Origin: an uncultured Chloroflexia bacterium
GTDB lineage: Bacteria; Chloroflexota; Dehalococcoidia; UBA2979
Assembly (NCBI GenBank): GCA_963728205.1
Contig: CAVSIV010000006.1
Span: 288,001-352,000, forward strand
Length of the DNA: 64,000 nucleotides
Direction: 5' to 3'
Position numbers and translations under genes: made by a program. Shown in pieces: positions 1 through 8,890 of the stretch. Positions within the stretch are counted from its first letter, which is position 1. The number at the start of each line of letters is the position of its first letter. The notes below the pieces were generated by a model, which saw only the letters and a list, made by a program, of their open reading frames with translations, was not told the origin of the DNA and did not search any database.

Positions 1-97
1 TAGCTCGAGCCGCCACCGGGCTCGGGCAGCGGGCTGCATCATTTGGGCCGGGCGACCGATGGTTGAAGCGAGCGGGACGTGCCGAAGAGGGCCGTGG

Positions 98-487
98 ATG
101 ACTCGAGACCGGCGAGCCGTGCAGCGTGTGAACGTCGCCATCCGGCCGTGGCGCGTCGACCTGCTCGGTGAGCCCGCCGCGCCCGGTTCGCTCGGCGGCG
201 TCGTGGAGATCCTCGACCTCAGCAGCACGGGCGCGCGCCTGAGCATCGCGGGCGACGTGCACGTCGACGACCGCCTCGCGCTCGACTTCCAGTACCGCAA
301 TCGCCGCTTCACGGTCCCGGGGCGCGTCGTGTGGGCGCGCGCCGAGGAGGACGAGCCCGAGGAGCGCGAGGTCGGCCTCGTCTTCGAGGATGTGCCCGCG
401 TTGACGCAGGCACGGCTCGAGAGCGTGCTCGGGCGGCAGGCCGCGCTCAACCGGTCGCTGCCCGGTGCGGGTGCCGCCGCGTCCTGA
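98..487 (+). CDS. PilZ domain protein (c-di-GMP receptor)
   Basis: RxxxR (RRAVQR) and DxSxxG (DLSSTG) motifs, GRVVW and VGLVF strands; ATG at 98 preferred over 59. Confidence 0.85.
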   Translation: MTRDRRAVQRVNVAIRPWRVDLLGEPAAPGSLGGVVEILDLSSTGARLSIAGDVHVDDRLALDFQYRNRRFTVPGRVVWARAEEDEPEEREVGLVFEDVPALTQARLESVLGRQAALNRSLPGAGAAAS

Positions 488-501
488 GCGTCGTCGCCGC
501 G

Positions 502-547
502 CGCCTCAGGACGCCGCGCTCCGACCGCATCGCGGCGTCCTGAGGCG
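502..547. repeat. 17-bp perfect inverted repeat (hairpin, possible terminator/REP)
   Basis: cgcctcaggacgccgcg ... cgcggcgtcctgaggcg just after the PilZ stop; no U-tract. Confidence 0.5.
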
Positions 548-632
548 TCGCCAATCGCCGCGCCGGGGGCCCGCCCCGGAACCGCCCTGCAACCCCCACG
601 TAGCCCCACCGCAGGGGACGCGAAGTGCGCCG

Positions 633-686
633 GTAGCGTGCTCGCAATCCGCCGTTCACGGTGCCGACATGCCCGCTGCCTAGCCT
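633..686 (+). promoter_or_regulatory. Promoter with 11-bp phased pentamers and GCTGCC-TAGCCT -10
   Basis: gtagc(633) gcaat(644) ttcac(655) gacat(666) then cccgctgcctagcct; same layout at 8629-8682 and 8741-8838. Confidence 0.65.
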
Positions 687-721
687 CGATGCTCAGCCCC
701 GCAGAGCGAAGGAGAGGCACC

Positions 722-2425
722 ATGCCCGCACCCGAGAAGCCGCGGATCGCCGTGTTCTCCGGCCCAACCGCGACCATCCAGAACAGCCCGCCGCTGGTCA
801 CGAGCAACAAGGCGCGCGCAGCGCACGCCCTGCCGCTCCTCGCCGATCCGGACGGCGCACCGTCGCGCTTCGACACGCTGCGCGCGCAGCGCCTCGCCGC
901 GCCGGTCACCGTCTACGTCGACGCGCTCAGCGCCCACCCGCTCGAGCGCGACGCCCCCGAGCTCTGCGCCGCTGCGGACGGCTACCTCGACGCCGCCGGC
1001 GCGTTTCACGAGGAGCCGACGAGCCCGGCCGACCGCGCGGTGTACCGGGTGACGCTCGACCCGACAGACGGCCTGTACCTGCTCCCCTACATGGCGCGCC
1101 AGGCGAACGGCGAGGCGTGGGACGACGCGACCGCGTTCCCCTTCGCGCCCCAGGAGCAGTCGCGCCAGACGTTCTATCCCGACGCCCACCGCATCTACGA
1201 GGAGATCGACCGCTTCGGCCTGGACGGCGCGGGACGCAACTGCATGCTGTCGTCGGTCGCCACGTTCGACTTCTACCGGCCGGCGCCTTCGGGCGGCTAC
1301 AAGCACGGCCTGTCCGCGGCCGCGCGCACCGACACCGGCGAGGGCGACCTCGCGCCGGAGGCGCTCGGCGAGGACTTTTTCATCTACTACCCGCGACACC
1401 TTCGCGCGGAACCGCACATGGCGTCGCTGGCGCGCGCGACCAACGTGGTGCAGCGCGCCATGGCCACCGGCAGGTACGCCGGCGCGCAGTGGCTCGAAGG
1501 CAGCCCGACCACCGAGGAGTCGATGTACTGGCTGAACCTGCTGGTCGACACGCAGGTGCCGCTGGTCGGCCACTCGGCGCAGCGACCGCACCAGACGCTG
1601 AGCGCCGACGGCGATCGCAACATCGCCGACGGCGTGAAGTACATCCTCTCGGGCATCTGGCGAAACGGCGGCGCGGCCGACGTCGTGGGCGGCGTGATGA
1701 TCGTCGACGAGGTCGTGTTCGCGGCGCGCGAGGTGACGAAGACCGACGCGCGTCCCGGCAACTACCAGGCCACCGGTGGCCACGGCGGCATCGTCGCGCT
1801 GATGGGCGGCCACGGCGACCCGCAACTCACCTATCTCCCGACGAAGCGCCACACCGCCTCGTCCGAGGTGAACCTCGCGCGCATCCCGGCGGCGGTGCCC
1901 GGCGTGCGGGCGACCGACGCCGGGATCCAGTCGTTTGCCGTCGCGGTGAAGGACGCCGACGGCGGGCTCGTGCCGGACGCGATGCCGAAAGTGACGATCG
2001 CGAAGTACGCGCGCTACCAGTCGGACGGCTCGGACGCGAACCCCGAGCGCGAGGTCGAGATCATGTCGCGGATCGCGAGCAACCTGGCCGAGTCGCCGCT
2101 GGCCGGGTTCGTCGGCGAGGGCGCGTCGCCGTACGGCTCGATGAACCGCGGCACGGACAACGCGCTGCAGCGGGCGGCGTTCAGCGGGATGCCGGTCGTG
2201 CGCTGCGGCCGCGGGTCGACGGGCGGCCTCGCGAGCAAGACGGACGGCGTGACGATCGCGGGGAGCAACCTGACGTCGACGAAGGCGCGCATGCTGCTGA
2301 TGGCCTCGCTGCTGCGCTTCGGCGCGCTGCCGCCGGCGCGCGACCCGTCGGCGCCGACGCCGGACGAGGTCGCGGCCACGATTGCGAAGGTCGCGGAGTA
2401 CCAGGCCGTGTTCGATACGCACTAA
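722..2425 (+). CDS. Divergent asparaginase/glutaminase-like amidohydrolase
   Basis: SGPTATI (TGGTI-like), EGSPTTEE (HGTDT-like), SAQRP, DGDRN, GMPVVR, NLTSTKARMLL; RBS aggagagg before ATG 722. Confidence 0.75.
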   Translation: MPAPEKPRIAVFSGPTATIQNSPPLVTSNKARAAHALPLLADPDGAPSRFDTLRAQRLAAPVTVYVDALSAHPLERDAPELCAAADGYLDAAGAFHEEPTSPADRAVYRVTLDPTDGLYLLPYMARQANGEAWDDATAFPFAPQEQSRQTFYPDAHRIYEEIDRFGLDGAGRNCMLSSVATFDFYRPAPSGGYKHGLSAAARTDTGEGDLAPEALGEDFFIYYPRHLRAEPHMASLARATNVVQRAMATGRYAGAQWLEGSPTTEESMYWLNLLVDTQVPLVGHSAQRPHQTLSADGDRNIADGVKYILSGIWRNGGAADVVGGVMIVDEVVFAAREVTKTDARPGNYQATGGHGGIVALMGGHGDPQLTYLPTKRHTASSEVNLARIPAAVPGVRATDAGIQSFAVAVKDADGGLVPDAMPKVTIAKYARYQSDGSDANPEREVEIMSRIASNLAESPLAGFVGEGASPYGSMNRGTDNALQRAAFSGMPVVRCGRGSTGGLASKTDGVTIAGSNLTSTKARMLLMASLLRFGALPPARDPSAPTPDEVAATIAKVAEYQAVFDTH

Positions 2426-2476
2426 CGGACCACGACCGGTGTGGGTGGAGGGAGGGGGCCGCGGGGCCCCCTCCTG

Positions 2477-2610
2477 GCGAGCGGCAGGCGTAGGTCCTGC
2501 CGTGCGGCCGGGTTGCCGAGCAGGACGCCGCGGCCGCGCGCAGCTCGCGCGGCGATCCGATGCGGGGCTCGCCGGCGCCGCACACGGCAGGACTGACGCC
2601 TGCCGCTCGC
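2477..2610. repeat. REP-like inverted pair (family B)
   Basis: gcgagcggcaggcgtaggtcctgccgtg (2477-2504) and its reverse complement with 2 mismatches (2583-2610), between convergent genes. Confidence 0.7.
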
Positions 2611-2713
2611 GGGGGCCGCGCGCGCGACCGGACCGGCCCGCCGGCACGCGCACGGACCGGCCGGGGAGTGACCGCCCGGCCGGTCCGTGCGCGTGGTGCC
2701 GGGACGCCGCGCG

Positions 2714-4129
2714 CTACGACGCGGCGGCGACCGCCTCCGCGATCGGCGGCACCTCGAGGTGCCACGCCGTCGCCTGCTGGTACGCGTACCCCGCGCGCAG
2801 CACCGTCGCCTCCGCGAACGGGGCGCCGACGATCTGCGCCGAGAGCGGCAGGCCATCGGCCGAGAAGCCCGTTGGCACCGCCAGCGCGGGGTAGCCGAGC
2901 AGGTTGAACGGGCCGGTGTAGCTCGGCTGCAGCAGCCGCTTCGCCATGTCCATGTCGGACGCGACCTGCGCCGGCTGCGTATTCGTCGGCGTGACCAGCA
3001 CGTCGACGCCGGCCATCACCTTCGCCGCCTCGCGCGCGAACCACGAGCGGAAGCGCTGCGCCTGCACGTAGTCGGCGGCGGTGTAGAAGGCGCCGCGGCC
3101 GATGATCATGCGCGTGCCTGACCCGTAGTGCGTCCACTTCGGGCCGGCCATGTCGACGCGGTGGTAGGCGAACGCCTCCGACACCATCGTGATGGTGTTC
3201 GCGTCCTTGGCCAGCGCCGCGTGCGGCAGGTTCACCGCGACGATCTCGGCGCCGCCGGCGCGCAGCACGTCGATCACCTGCTCGGCGCCCGCCTTCGTCT
3301 CCGGCTCGAGCGCAGGGTGGTCGAAGAAGTACTCGGTCGGCACGCCGACGCGCAGGCCGGCGACGCCGCCCTCGATGCCGGCGAGGTAGTCGTCGACCGG
3401 CGCGGTGCCGGCGGAGGGGTCGCGCGGGTCATGGCCGGCCATCGCCTGCAGGATCGCGGCGCAGTCCCACGCGGAGCGCGCCATCGGGCCGATGGAGTCG
3501 AGCGAGTAGCCGAGCGGCACGCACCCCCACTTCGGCACGCGGCCGTAGGTGACCTTCAGGCCGGTGTGGCCGCAGGCGGCGGCCGGGAAGCGGACCGAAC
3601 CGCCGGTGTCGGTGCCGAGGCCGCCGAGCACCATGCCGGTCGCCACCGCGATGCCGGTGCCGGACGACGAGCCGCCCGGCGTGCGCTCGAGGTTCCACGG
3701 GTTGCGCGGAATCGGGAAGCCCTTCGTGGGGTCCGGCGGGCCGAGCGCGAACTCCGAGAGCACGAGCTTGCCCATCAGGATCGCGCCGGTGGCGCGGATG
3801 CGCTCCGAGGCGACGGAGTCGTAGCCGCGGCCCCAGGCGCGGTCGAGCACCAGGCTGTTCGCGGTGCTGTCGACGTCCTTCGTCGCGAGGACGTCCTTCA
3901 GCGCGAAGGGGATGCCCTGCAGCGGGCCGCGGTCGACGCCGGCCGCGAGGTCGGCGTCGGCCTGCGCGGCGGACGCCAGCGCGGACTCGTCGGTGACGGT
4001 GATGAACGCGCCGACCCGATCGTTGAGGCGCAGGATGCGCTCGAGCGACGTGCGGGTGAGCTCGGCGCTGGTGACGGTTCCGGCGCGCAGAGCGGCGGCG
4101 GCCTCGCGGATCGTGAGCGGGGATGACAT
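2714..4129 (-). CDS. Amidase signature family enzyme
   Basis: GIPFALKD, PGGSSSG, GTDTGGSVRFPA, GLKVTYGRV motifs (Ser-cisSer-Lys triad). Confidence 0.92.
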   Translation of the reverse strand: MSSPLTIREAAAALRAGTVTSAELTRTSLERILRLNDRVGAFITVTDESALASAAQADADLAAGVDRGPLQGIPFALKDVLATKDVDSTANSLVLDRAWGRGYDSVASERIRATGAILMGKLVLSEFALGPPDPTKGFPIPRNPWNLERTPGGSSSGTGIAVATGMVLGGLGTDTGGSVRFPAAACGHTGLKVTYGRVPKWGCVPLGYSLDSIGPMARSAWDCAAILQAMAGHDPRDPSAGTAPVDDYLAGIEGGVAGLRVGVPTEYFFDHPALEPETKAGAEQVIDVLRAGGAEIVAVNLPHAALAKDANTITMVSEAFAYHRVDMAGPKWTHYGSGTRMIIGRGAFYTAADYVQAQRFRSWFAREAAKVMAGVDVLVTPTNTQPAQVASDMDMAKRLLQPSYTGPFNLLGYPALAVPTGFSADGLPLSAQIVGAPFAEATVLRAGYAYQQATAWHLEVPPIAEAVAAAS

Positions 4130-4191
4130 CGGGGCTCCTTCTCGGACGCGCGGGTGGGCCCGCGGGAGTGGGACGCGCGGCGGCGCCAGCG

Positions 4192-4398
4192 CTACGCGGC
4201 CTCCGGCGGCGGGGCGACCGGCGTGAAGATCAGCGCGGGCTCCTCGTAGCGGACCTCGGGGATGTCGAGGCTGTCCGCGCCGGCGCGGAGCGTCGGGTAC
4301 ATCGTCACGAACGACTCGAACTCCTCGTCGCTGACCGGCAGGCCGGCTGACTCGACGAGGCCGCGGACCGCCGCGCGCACATCGCTCGGCTCGGGCAT
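4192..4398 (-). CDS. Small amidase partner protein (GatC/AtzG-like)
   Basis: 68 aa directly upstream of the amidase; AGLPVSDEE...EPALIF pattern; RBS aaggag. Confidence 0.6.
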   Translation of the reverse strand: MPEPSDVRAAVRGLVESAGLPVSDEEFESFVTMYPTLRAGADSLDIPEVRYEEPALIFTPVAPPPEAA

Positions 4399-4429
4399 GG
4401 GTGGGCTCCTTTCGCGATGAACCGGGTGG

Positions 4430-5539
4430 CTAGGCGATGGGTGGGTCCAGCACGGGGAGCGGCTGGGCGGGAGCGCTCGCGCGTTCCGCGCGCCCGGAGG
4501 ACGGCGCGTAGAGGTGGCACGCGACCTGGTGGCCGGGCTCGGGCTCGGTGACCGGCGGGCGGACCGCGGCGCAGACGTCCATCGCGGCGGGGCAGCGGGT
4601 GCGGAAGCGGCAGCCCGACGGCGGGTTGAGCGGGCTCGGGAGCTCGCCCCCCAGCGGCTGCGCCGCGCGCGCGGGCTCGTCGTCGTGCAGGCGCGGGATC
4701 GAGGCGAGCAGCGCCTGGCTGTAGGGGTGCAGCGGCTTCGCGTAGAGCTGGTCGGAGTCGCACACCTCGACCGCCTGGCCGAGATACATGACGCAAACCT
4801 GGTCGCTCACGTACTCGACGACGTTGAGGTCGTGACTGATGAAGACGTAGGTGAGGTCGAGCTCCTCCTGCAGATCCTTCAACAAGTTGAGCACCTGCGC
4901 CTGCACCGACTTGTCGAGCGCCGACACCGCCTCGTCGCACACCACGAGCTTCGGCCGCAGCGCGAGCGCCCGCGCGATGTTCACGCGCTGCCGCTGGCCG
5001 CCGCTGAGCTGGTGCGGGTAGTGCGACGCGTGGTTGGGGTGCAGGCCGACCTGGCGCAGGAGCAGCTCGGTGCGCTCGCGGCGCTCCCCGGCCGGCACGC
5101 CGTGCACCCGCATCGGGAACGCGATGATCTCGCCGATCGCGGCGCGCGGGTTGAGCGACGAGTGCGGGTCCTGGAACACCATCTGCATGTTGCGGCGCAA
5201 CGTCTTGCGGACCCGGCCGAACTGCAGCGTGCGGCGATGCGTGAACGCCCGGCCGACGTCGGTCCCGTCGAAGACGACCTGTCCGGCGTCGAACGGGATC
5301 AGCCCGAGGATCAGCCGCGCGGCCGTCGACTTCCCGCAGCCGGACTCGCCGACGATGCCCATCGTCGTGCCGCGCTTCACCCGGAACGAGAGCGCGTCGA
5401 CCGCGGACACCGCGCCGCGCTCGAAGAGCCCGAGGCGGACCGGGAACTGCTTGCTGATGGCGCGCACGTCGAGCAGCGTGTCGTCCTCGCGGGACGGCGG
5501 GGTCGCGGCGCGTGCGAGCGGGGCGGTCGTCGTGGTCAT
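4430..5539 (-). CDS. Oligopeptide/dipeptide ABC transporter ATP-binding subunit (OppF/DppF-like)
   Basis: GESGCGKS, LSGGQRQR, VCDEAVSALD, HPYS, GCRFRTRC C-terminal domain. Confidence 0.93.
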   Translation of the reverse strand: MTTTTAPLARAATPPSREDDTLLDVRAISKQFPVRLGLFERGAVSAVDALSFRVKRGTTMGIVGESGCGKSTAARLILGLIPFDAGQVVFDGTDVGRAFTHRRTLQFGRVRKTLRRNMQMVFQDPHSSLNPRAAIGEIIAFPMRVHGVPAGERRERTELLLRQVGLHPNHASHYPHQLSGGQRQRVNIARALALRPKLVVCDEAVSALDKSVQAQVLNLLKDLQEELDLTYVFISHDLNVVEYVSDQVCVMYLGQAVEVCDSDQLYAKPLHPYSQALLASIPRLHDDEPARAAQPLGGELPSPLNPPSGCRFRTRCPAAMDVCAAVRPPVTEPEPGHQVACHLYAPSSGRAERASAPAQPLPVLDPPIA

Positions 5540-5603
5540 GGCGCGCTCCTGTCGGTGCGCCCGCCGCGTGGGTCCGCGGCGGGCGTGTGGCACGGCTCGT
5601 CGG

Positions 5604-6515
5604 CTAGTCCTTCACGTCGAGCGCGTCGCGGATCGCGTCCGCGAGCACGTTGAACGCGGTGGAGGTGACAAAGATGAAGAGGCCGGGCAGCGCGGCGACC
5701 CAGGGGTTCACGTAGATGGTCCCGCGCAGGCTGTTGAGCATGTAGCCCCACTCGGGCGCGGGCGGCTTCACGCCGAGGCCGAGGAAGGACAGGCTCGCGG
5801 CGATCACGATCGAGAGGCCGACCAGCCCGGAGGCGTAGACGAAGATCGGGCTGAAGATGTTGGCCAGGACCTGGGTGACCAGGATCTTCGGCATCGAGGC
5901 GCCGGTGAGCCGCGCCGCCTCGATGAACTCCGCGACCACGACCTTGCGCGTGGCGGCCTCTGCGACGCGGGCGATCGGCGAGATGTAGATCACGGACATC
6001 GAGATGATCACGTTGACGATCCCCGGGCCGAGCGACGCGGAGATCGCGATCGCGAGCAGCACCGCGGGGAACGCGTAAAACATGTCCATCAGGCGCATGA
6101 TCAGCGCGGCCACCCAGCCGCCGACGAACCCGGCCAGCGCGCCGAGCGCCGTCCCGATCACGGTCGCGAAGAGCACGGGCGCGAGCCCCGCGAGCAGCGA
6201 CAGCCGGCCGCCGTAGAGCAGCCGCGTGAGCATGTCGCGACCGAGCTCGTCGGTGCCGAGGACGTGGCCGGGGGCGCCGATCGGCATCAGGCGGTCGAGC
6301 GCGACGCCGACGTTCGGGTCCGCGCTCGTGAGCAGCGGCGCGCACACCGCGCCCAGCACCAGCGCCAGCAGCACGGCGAGCGCGCCCGTCCCCATCCAGT
6401 TGCGCACGAACCGCCGGCGCCCCGCCTGCAGGTACGACTCCGGCGCGGCCGGGACGTCGTCCCGCGCCCACTCGGCCGCAAGCGACGTGTCGAAGGTCGG
6501 GTCGAAGGTCGTCAT
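5604..6515 (-). CDS. Peptide ABC transporter permease (OppC/DppC-like)
   Basis: HVLGTDELGRD, EFIEAARLTGA, SLSFLGLG, PEWG. Confidence 0.93.
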   Translation of the reverse strand: MTTFDPTFDTSLAAEWARDDVPAAPESYLQAGRRRFVRNWMGTGALAVLLALVLGAVCAPLLTSADPNVGVALDRLMPIGAPGHVLGTDELGRDMLTRLLYGGRLSLLAGLAPVLFATVIGTALGALAGFVGGWVAALIMRLMDMFYAFPAVLLAIAISASLGPGIVNVIISMSVIYISPIARVAEAATRKVVVAEFIEAARLTGASMPKILVTQVLANIFSPIFVYASGLVGLSIVIAASLSFLGLGVKPPAPEWGYMLNSLRGTIYVNPWVAALPGLFIFVTSTAFNVLADAIRDALDVKD

Positions 6516-6545
6516 CGGGCGATCCCTTTCCCTGTCCGGCGGCCG

Positions 6546-7490
6546 CTATGCCGCACGCTTCTGGCGCGGGTCGAAGGTGACCTGGAAGACGTCGACGGCG
6601 AGGTTGAGCAGCACGAACGTCACGGCGATCACGAGCGTCGTCGCCTGCACGACGAGCAGGTCGCGCGCGGTGATCGCGTTGAAGACGAGCTGCCCGAGGC
6701 CCGGCCACGAGAAGATGGTCTCGATCAGCACCGAGCCGCCGAGCAGGTAGCCGACCTGCAGGCCGGACGTGGTGAGCACCGGCGAGATCGCGTTCTTGCC
6801 GACGTGCCAGAGCACCTGCCACTCGCGCAGGCCCTTGGCCCGCAGCATGTCGACGAACTCCGCCTGGTAGGTCTCGACGATGGCGGCGCGGGTCACGCGC
6901 GCGGTGATCGCGATCGTGATCAGCGATCCCGAGAGCACCGGCATGACCAGGTGCCGGACGTACTCGGTAACGCCGCCGCCGAGGTCGCCGATCCCGCCCG
7001 CCGGCAACACCTTGAGCTGCGCCGAGAACACGATCAGCAGCACGATCGCGACCCAGAACGACGGCACGCTCAACCCCACGATCGAGAGGAGCGTGACGCC
7101 GCGATCGATCGGCGACCCGCGATAGACCCCCGCGAGACTGCCCGCGAGGATGCCCAGCGTGAGCCCGAAGACCGCCGAGACGCCGGCGAGGACGGCCGTG
7201 TTCTTCCACGCCGACGCGATCAGGTCGGAGACGTCGCGGCGGCGGTACGGCGAGTAGCCGAAGTTGCCGTGCGCCACGTCGCCGAGCCAGATCACGTAGC
7301 GGATGGGCAGCGGGCGGTTCAGCCCGAGACTCTCCGCGAGCGCCGCCCGATCGGCGGGAGTGGCGTCCGCGGGCAGCAGCGTCGCGATCGGGTCGCCGGG
7401 CAGGATCGAGAGCAGCAGCCAGATCAGGATCGAGACCCCGAGCAGCGTCGGGATCGCCATGCCGAGCCGGCGGGCGATGATCATCAGCAT
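6546..7490 (-). CDS. Peptide ABC transporter permease (OppB/DppB-like)
   Basis: PGDP, SVPSFW, RAKGL, ETIFSWPGLG. Confidence 0.93.
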   Translation of the reverse strand: MLMIIARRLGMAIPTLLGVSILIWLLLSILPGDPIATLLPADATPADRAALAESLGLNRPLPIRYVIWLGDVAHGNFGYSPYRRRDVSDLIASAWKNTAVLAGVSAVFGLTLGILAGSLAGVYRGSPIDRGVTLLSIVGLSVPSFWVAIVLLIVFSAQLKVLPAGGIGDLGGGVTEYVRHLVMPVLSGSLITIAITARVTRAAIVETYQAEFVDMLRAKGLREWQVLWHVGKNAISPVLTTSGLQVGYLLGGSVLIETIFSWPGLGQLVFNAITARDLLVVQATTLVIAVTFVLLNLAVDVFQVTFDPRQKRAA

Positions 7491-8563
7491 CAGGCGGCAC
7501 CCTTCACGGCGTCGATGCGCAGGCAGCGGGCGTCGTGCGTCGCGCTGAGCGCGCGCAGCGCGGGCAGGCCCGCCCAGCAGGCGTCCTCGGCGAGCGCGCA
7601 GCGCGGCGCGAAGGCGCAGCCGGGCGGGAGCTTCGCGAGATTGGGCGGCGAGCCGGGGATCGCCGCGGGGCGCTCGTGCTGGCCGGGCCGCACGTTCGCC
7701 TCGAGCAAGCCGCGCGTGTACGGGTGCCGCGGCGAGCGCACGATCTCCGCGACCGTCCCGCGCTCGACGATGCGCCCCGCGTACATCACGGCGACGTCGT
7801 CGGCGACCTGCGCCGCGACGGCGAGGTCGTGCGTGACGAAGATGATCCCCATGCCGAGCGCGGCGCGGAGGTCGCGCAGCAGCTCGAGCACGCGCGCCTG
7901 CACCGTGACGTCGAGCGCGGTCGTCGGCTCGTCGGCCAGCAGCAGGCTCGGGTTCGACACGAGCGCCATCGCGATCACGACGCGCTGGCGCATGCCGCCG
8001 GAGAGCTCGAACGGGTAGGCCTTGAGCCGGCGCGCGGGCGACGGGATCTGCACCAGCTCGAGCGCCTCGAGCGCGCGCTGCGCCGCGTCGGCCTTCGAGA
8101 CCCGGTGGTGCCGGCGGATCGTCTCGACCAGCTGCTGCTCGACCGTGAACACCGGGTCGAGCGCCGTCATCGGGTCCTGGAACACCATCGAGATCCGCGA
8201 GCCGCGGACGCCCTCGCGCTCGCGCGGGCTCATCGCGATCAGGTCGCGGCCCTGCAGCACCGCGCGGCCGGAGATGCGCGCGGAGTGCGGTTGGATGCCG
8301 AGCAGCGTGCGCAGCATCGCGCTCTTGCCGGAGCCGGACTCGCCGAGGACCGCCAGCACGCGCCCGGCCGGCAGCGTGAAGGAGACGTCGTTCACGGCCG
8401 TGAGCCAGCCCTGCTTCGTGCGGAACGCGGTGCGCAGGTCGGTGACCGCGAGCAGGGGCGTCGTGCCGTCCGGCACCGTGCTCCCGTCGGCACCGCTCGC
8501 GGGACGGGGCGATCGCGTCGTGCGCTGCGTGTCCTGCAGTGCGTCGTTCAGCGCCAGCGCCAC
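7490..8563 (-). CDS. Peptide ABC transporter ATP-binding subunit (OppD/DppD-like)
   Basis: GESGSGKS, FQDPMTALDP, LSGGMRQR, ADEPTTALD, HPYT. Confidence 0.93.
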   Translation of the reverse strand: MALALNDALQDTQRTTRSPRPASGADGSTVPDGTTPLLAVTDLRTAFRTKQGWLTAVNDVSFTLPAGRVLAVLGESGSGKSAMLRTLLGIQPHSARISGRAVLQGRDLIAMSPREREGVRGSRISMVFQDPMTALDPVFTVEQQLVETIRRHHRVSKADAAQRALEALELVQIPSPARRLKAYPFELSGGMRQRVVIAMALVSNPSLLLADEPTTALDVTVQARVLELLRDLRAALGMGIIFVTHDLAVAAQVADDVAVMYAGRIVERGTVAEIVRSPRHPYTRGLLEANVRPGQHERPAAIPGSPPNLAKLPPGCAFAPRCALAEDACWAGLPALRALSATHDARCLRIDAVKGAA

Positions 8564-8628
8564 GGCTGCCTCCTCACTGGTGCGCGTCGGCTCCGGCGGC
8601 CGCGCGTGGGGTTCGAGTGGTGCCGGTC

Positions 8629-8682
8629 ACGCTAGGCAGCTCGAATGTCGCCGCCGTGAATCGACCGTGAAGGTTGGATGAC
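8629..8682 (-). promoter_or_regulatory. Promoter of ABC/amidase operon with 11-bp phased pentamers
   Basis: minus strand: gtcat-N6-ttcac-N6-ttcac-N6-gacat-tcga-gctgcc-tagcgt. Confidence 0.7.
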
Positions 8683-8740
8683 GCCGCGGCTGCGCCGTCG
8701 TTTCAGCGCGACTGCGTGGGCGTTGCGCGGGGCCCCGCGC

Positions 8741-8838
8741 GAAACCGGGTCGAGAGCGGCCGGTAACGCGGCGGAGACGGAGCCGTCACGCGCACTTCAC
8801 GGGCGCGACACGTCGCGGCAAATCCCGCTGCCTAGTGT
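8741..8838 (+). promoter_or_regulatory. Promoter of substrate-binding protein gene with 11-bp phased pentamers
   Basis: gaaac(8741) gtaac(8763) gagac(8774) gtcac(8785) ttcac(8796) gacac(8807) gcaaa(8818) then cccgctgcctagtgt. Confidence 0.7.
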
Positions 8839-8890
8839 TCGCGACTCAACCAGACAGCCCGCACGCGCGGGCCCGGACGGAGGGTTACTG

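Noticed and set aside
2714-4398. gatA/gatC assignment
   Set aside because: No gatB nearby and the context is catabolic/transport; called generic amidase plus partner
5034-8018. Long Arg/Ala-rich ORFs such as 5034-8018 (+), 661-2493 (+), 17340-19553 (+)
   Set aside because: Shadow frames of real genes in high-GC DNA
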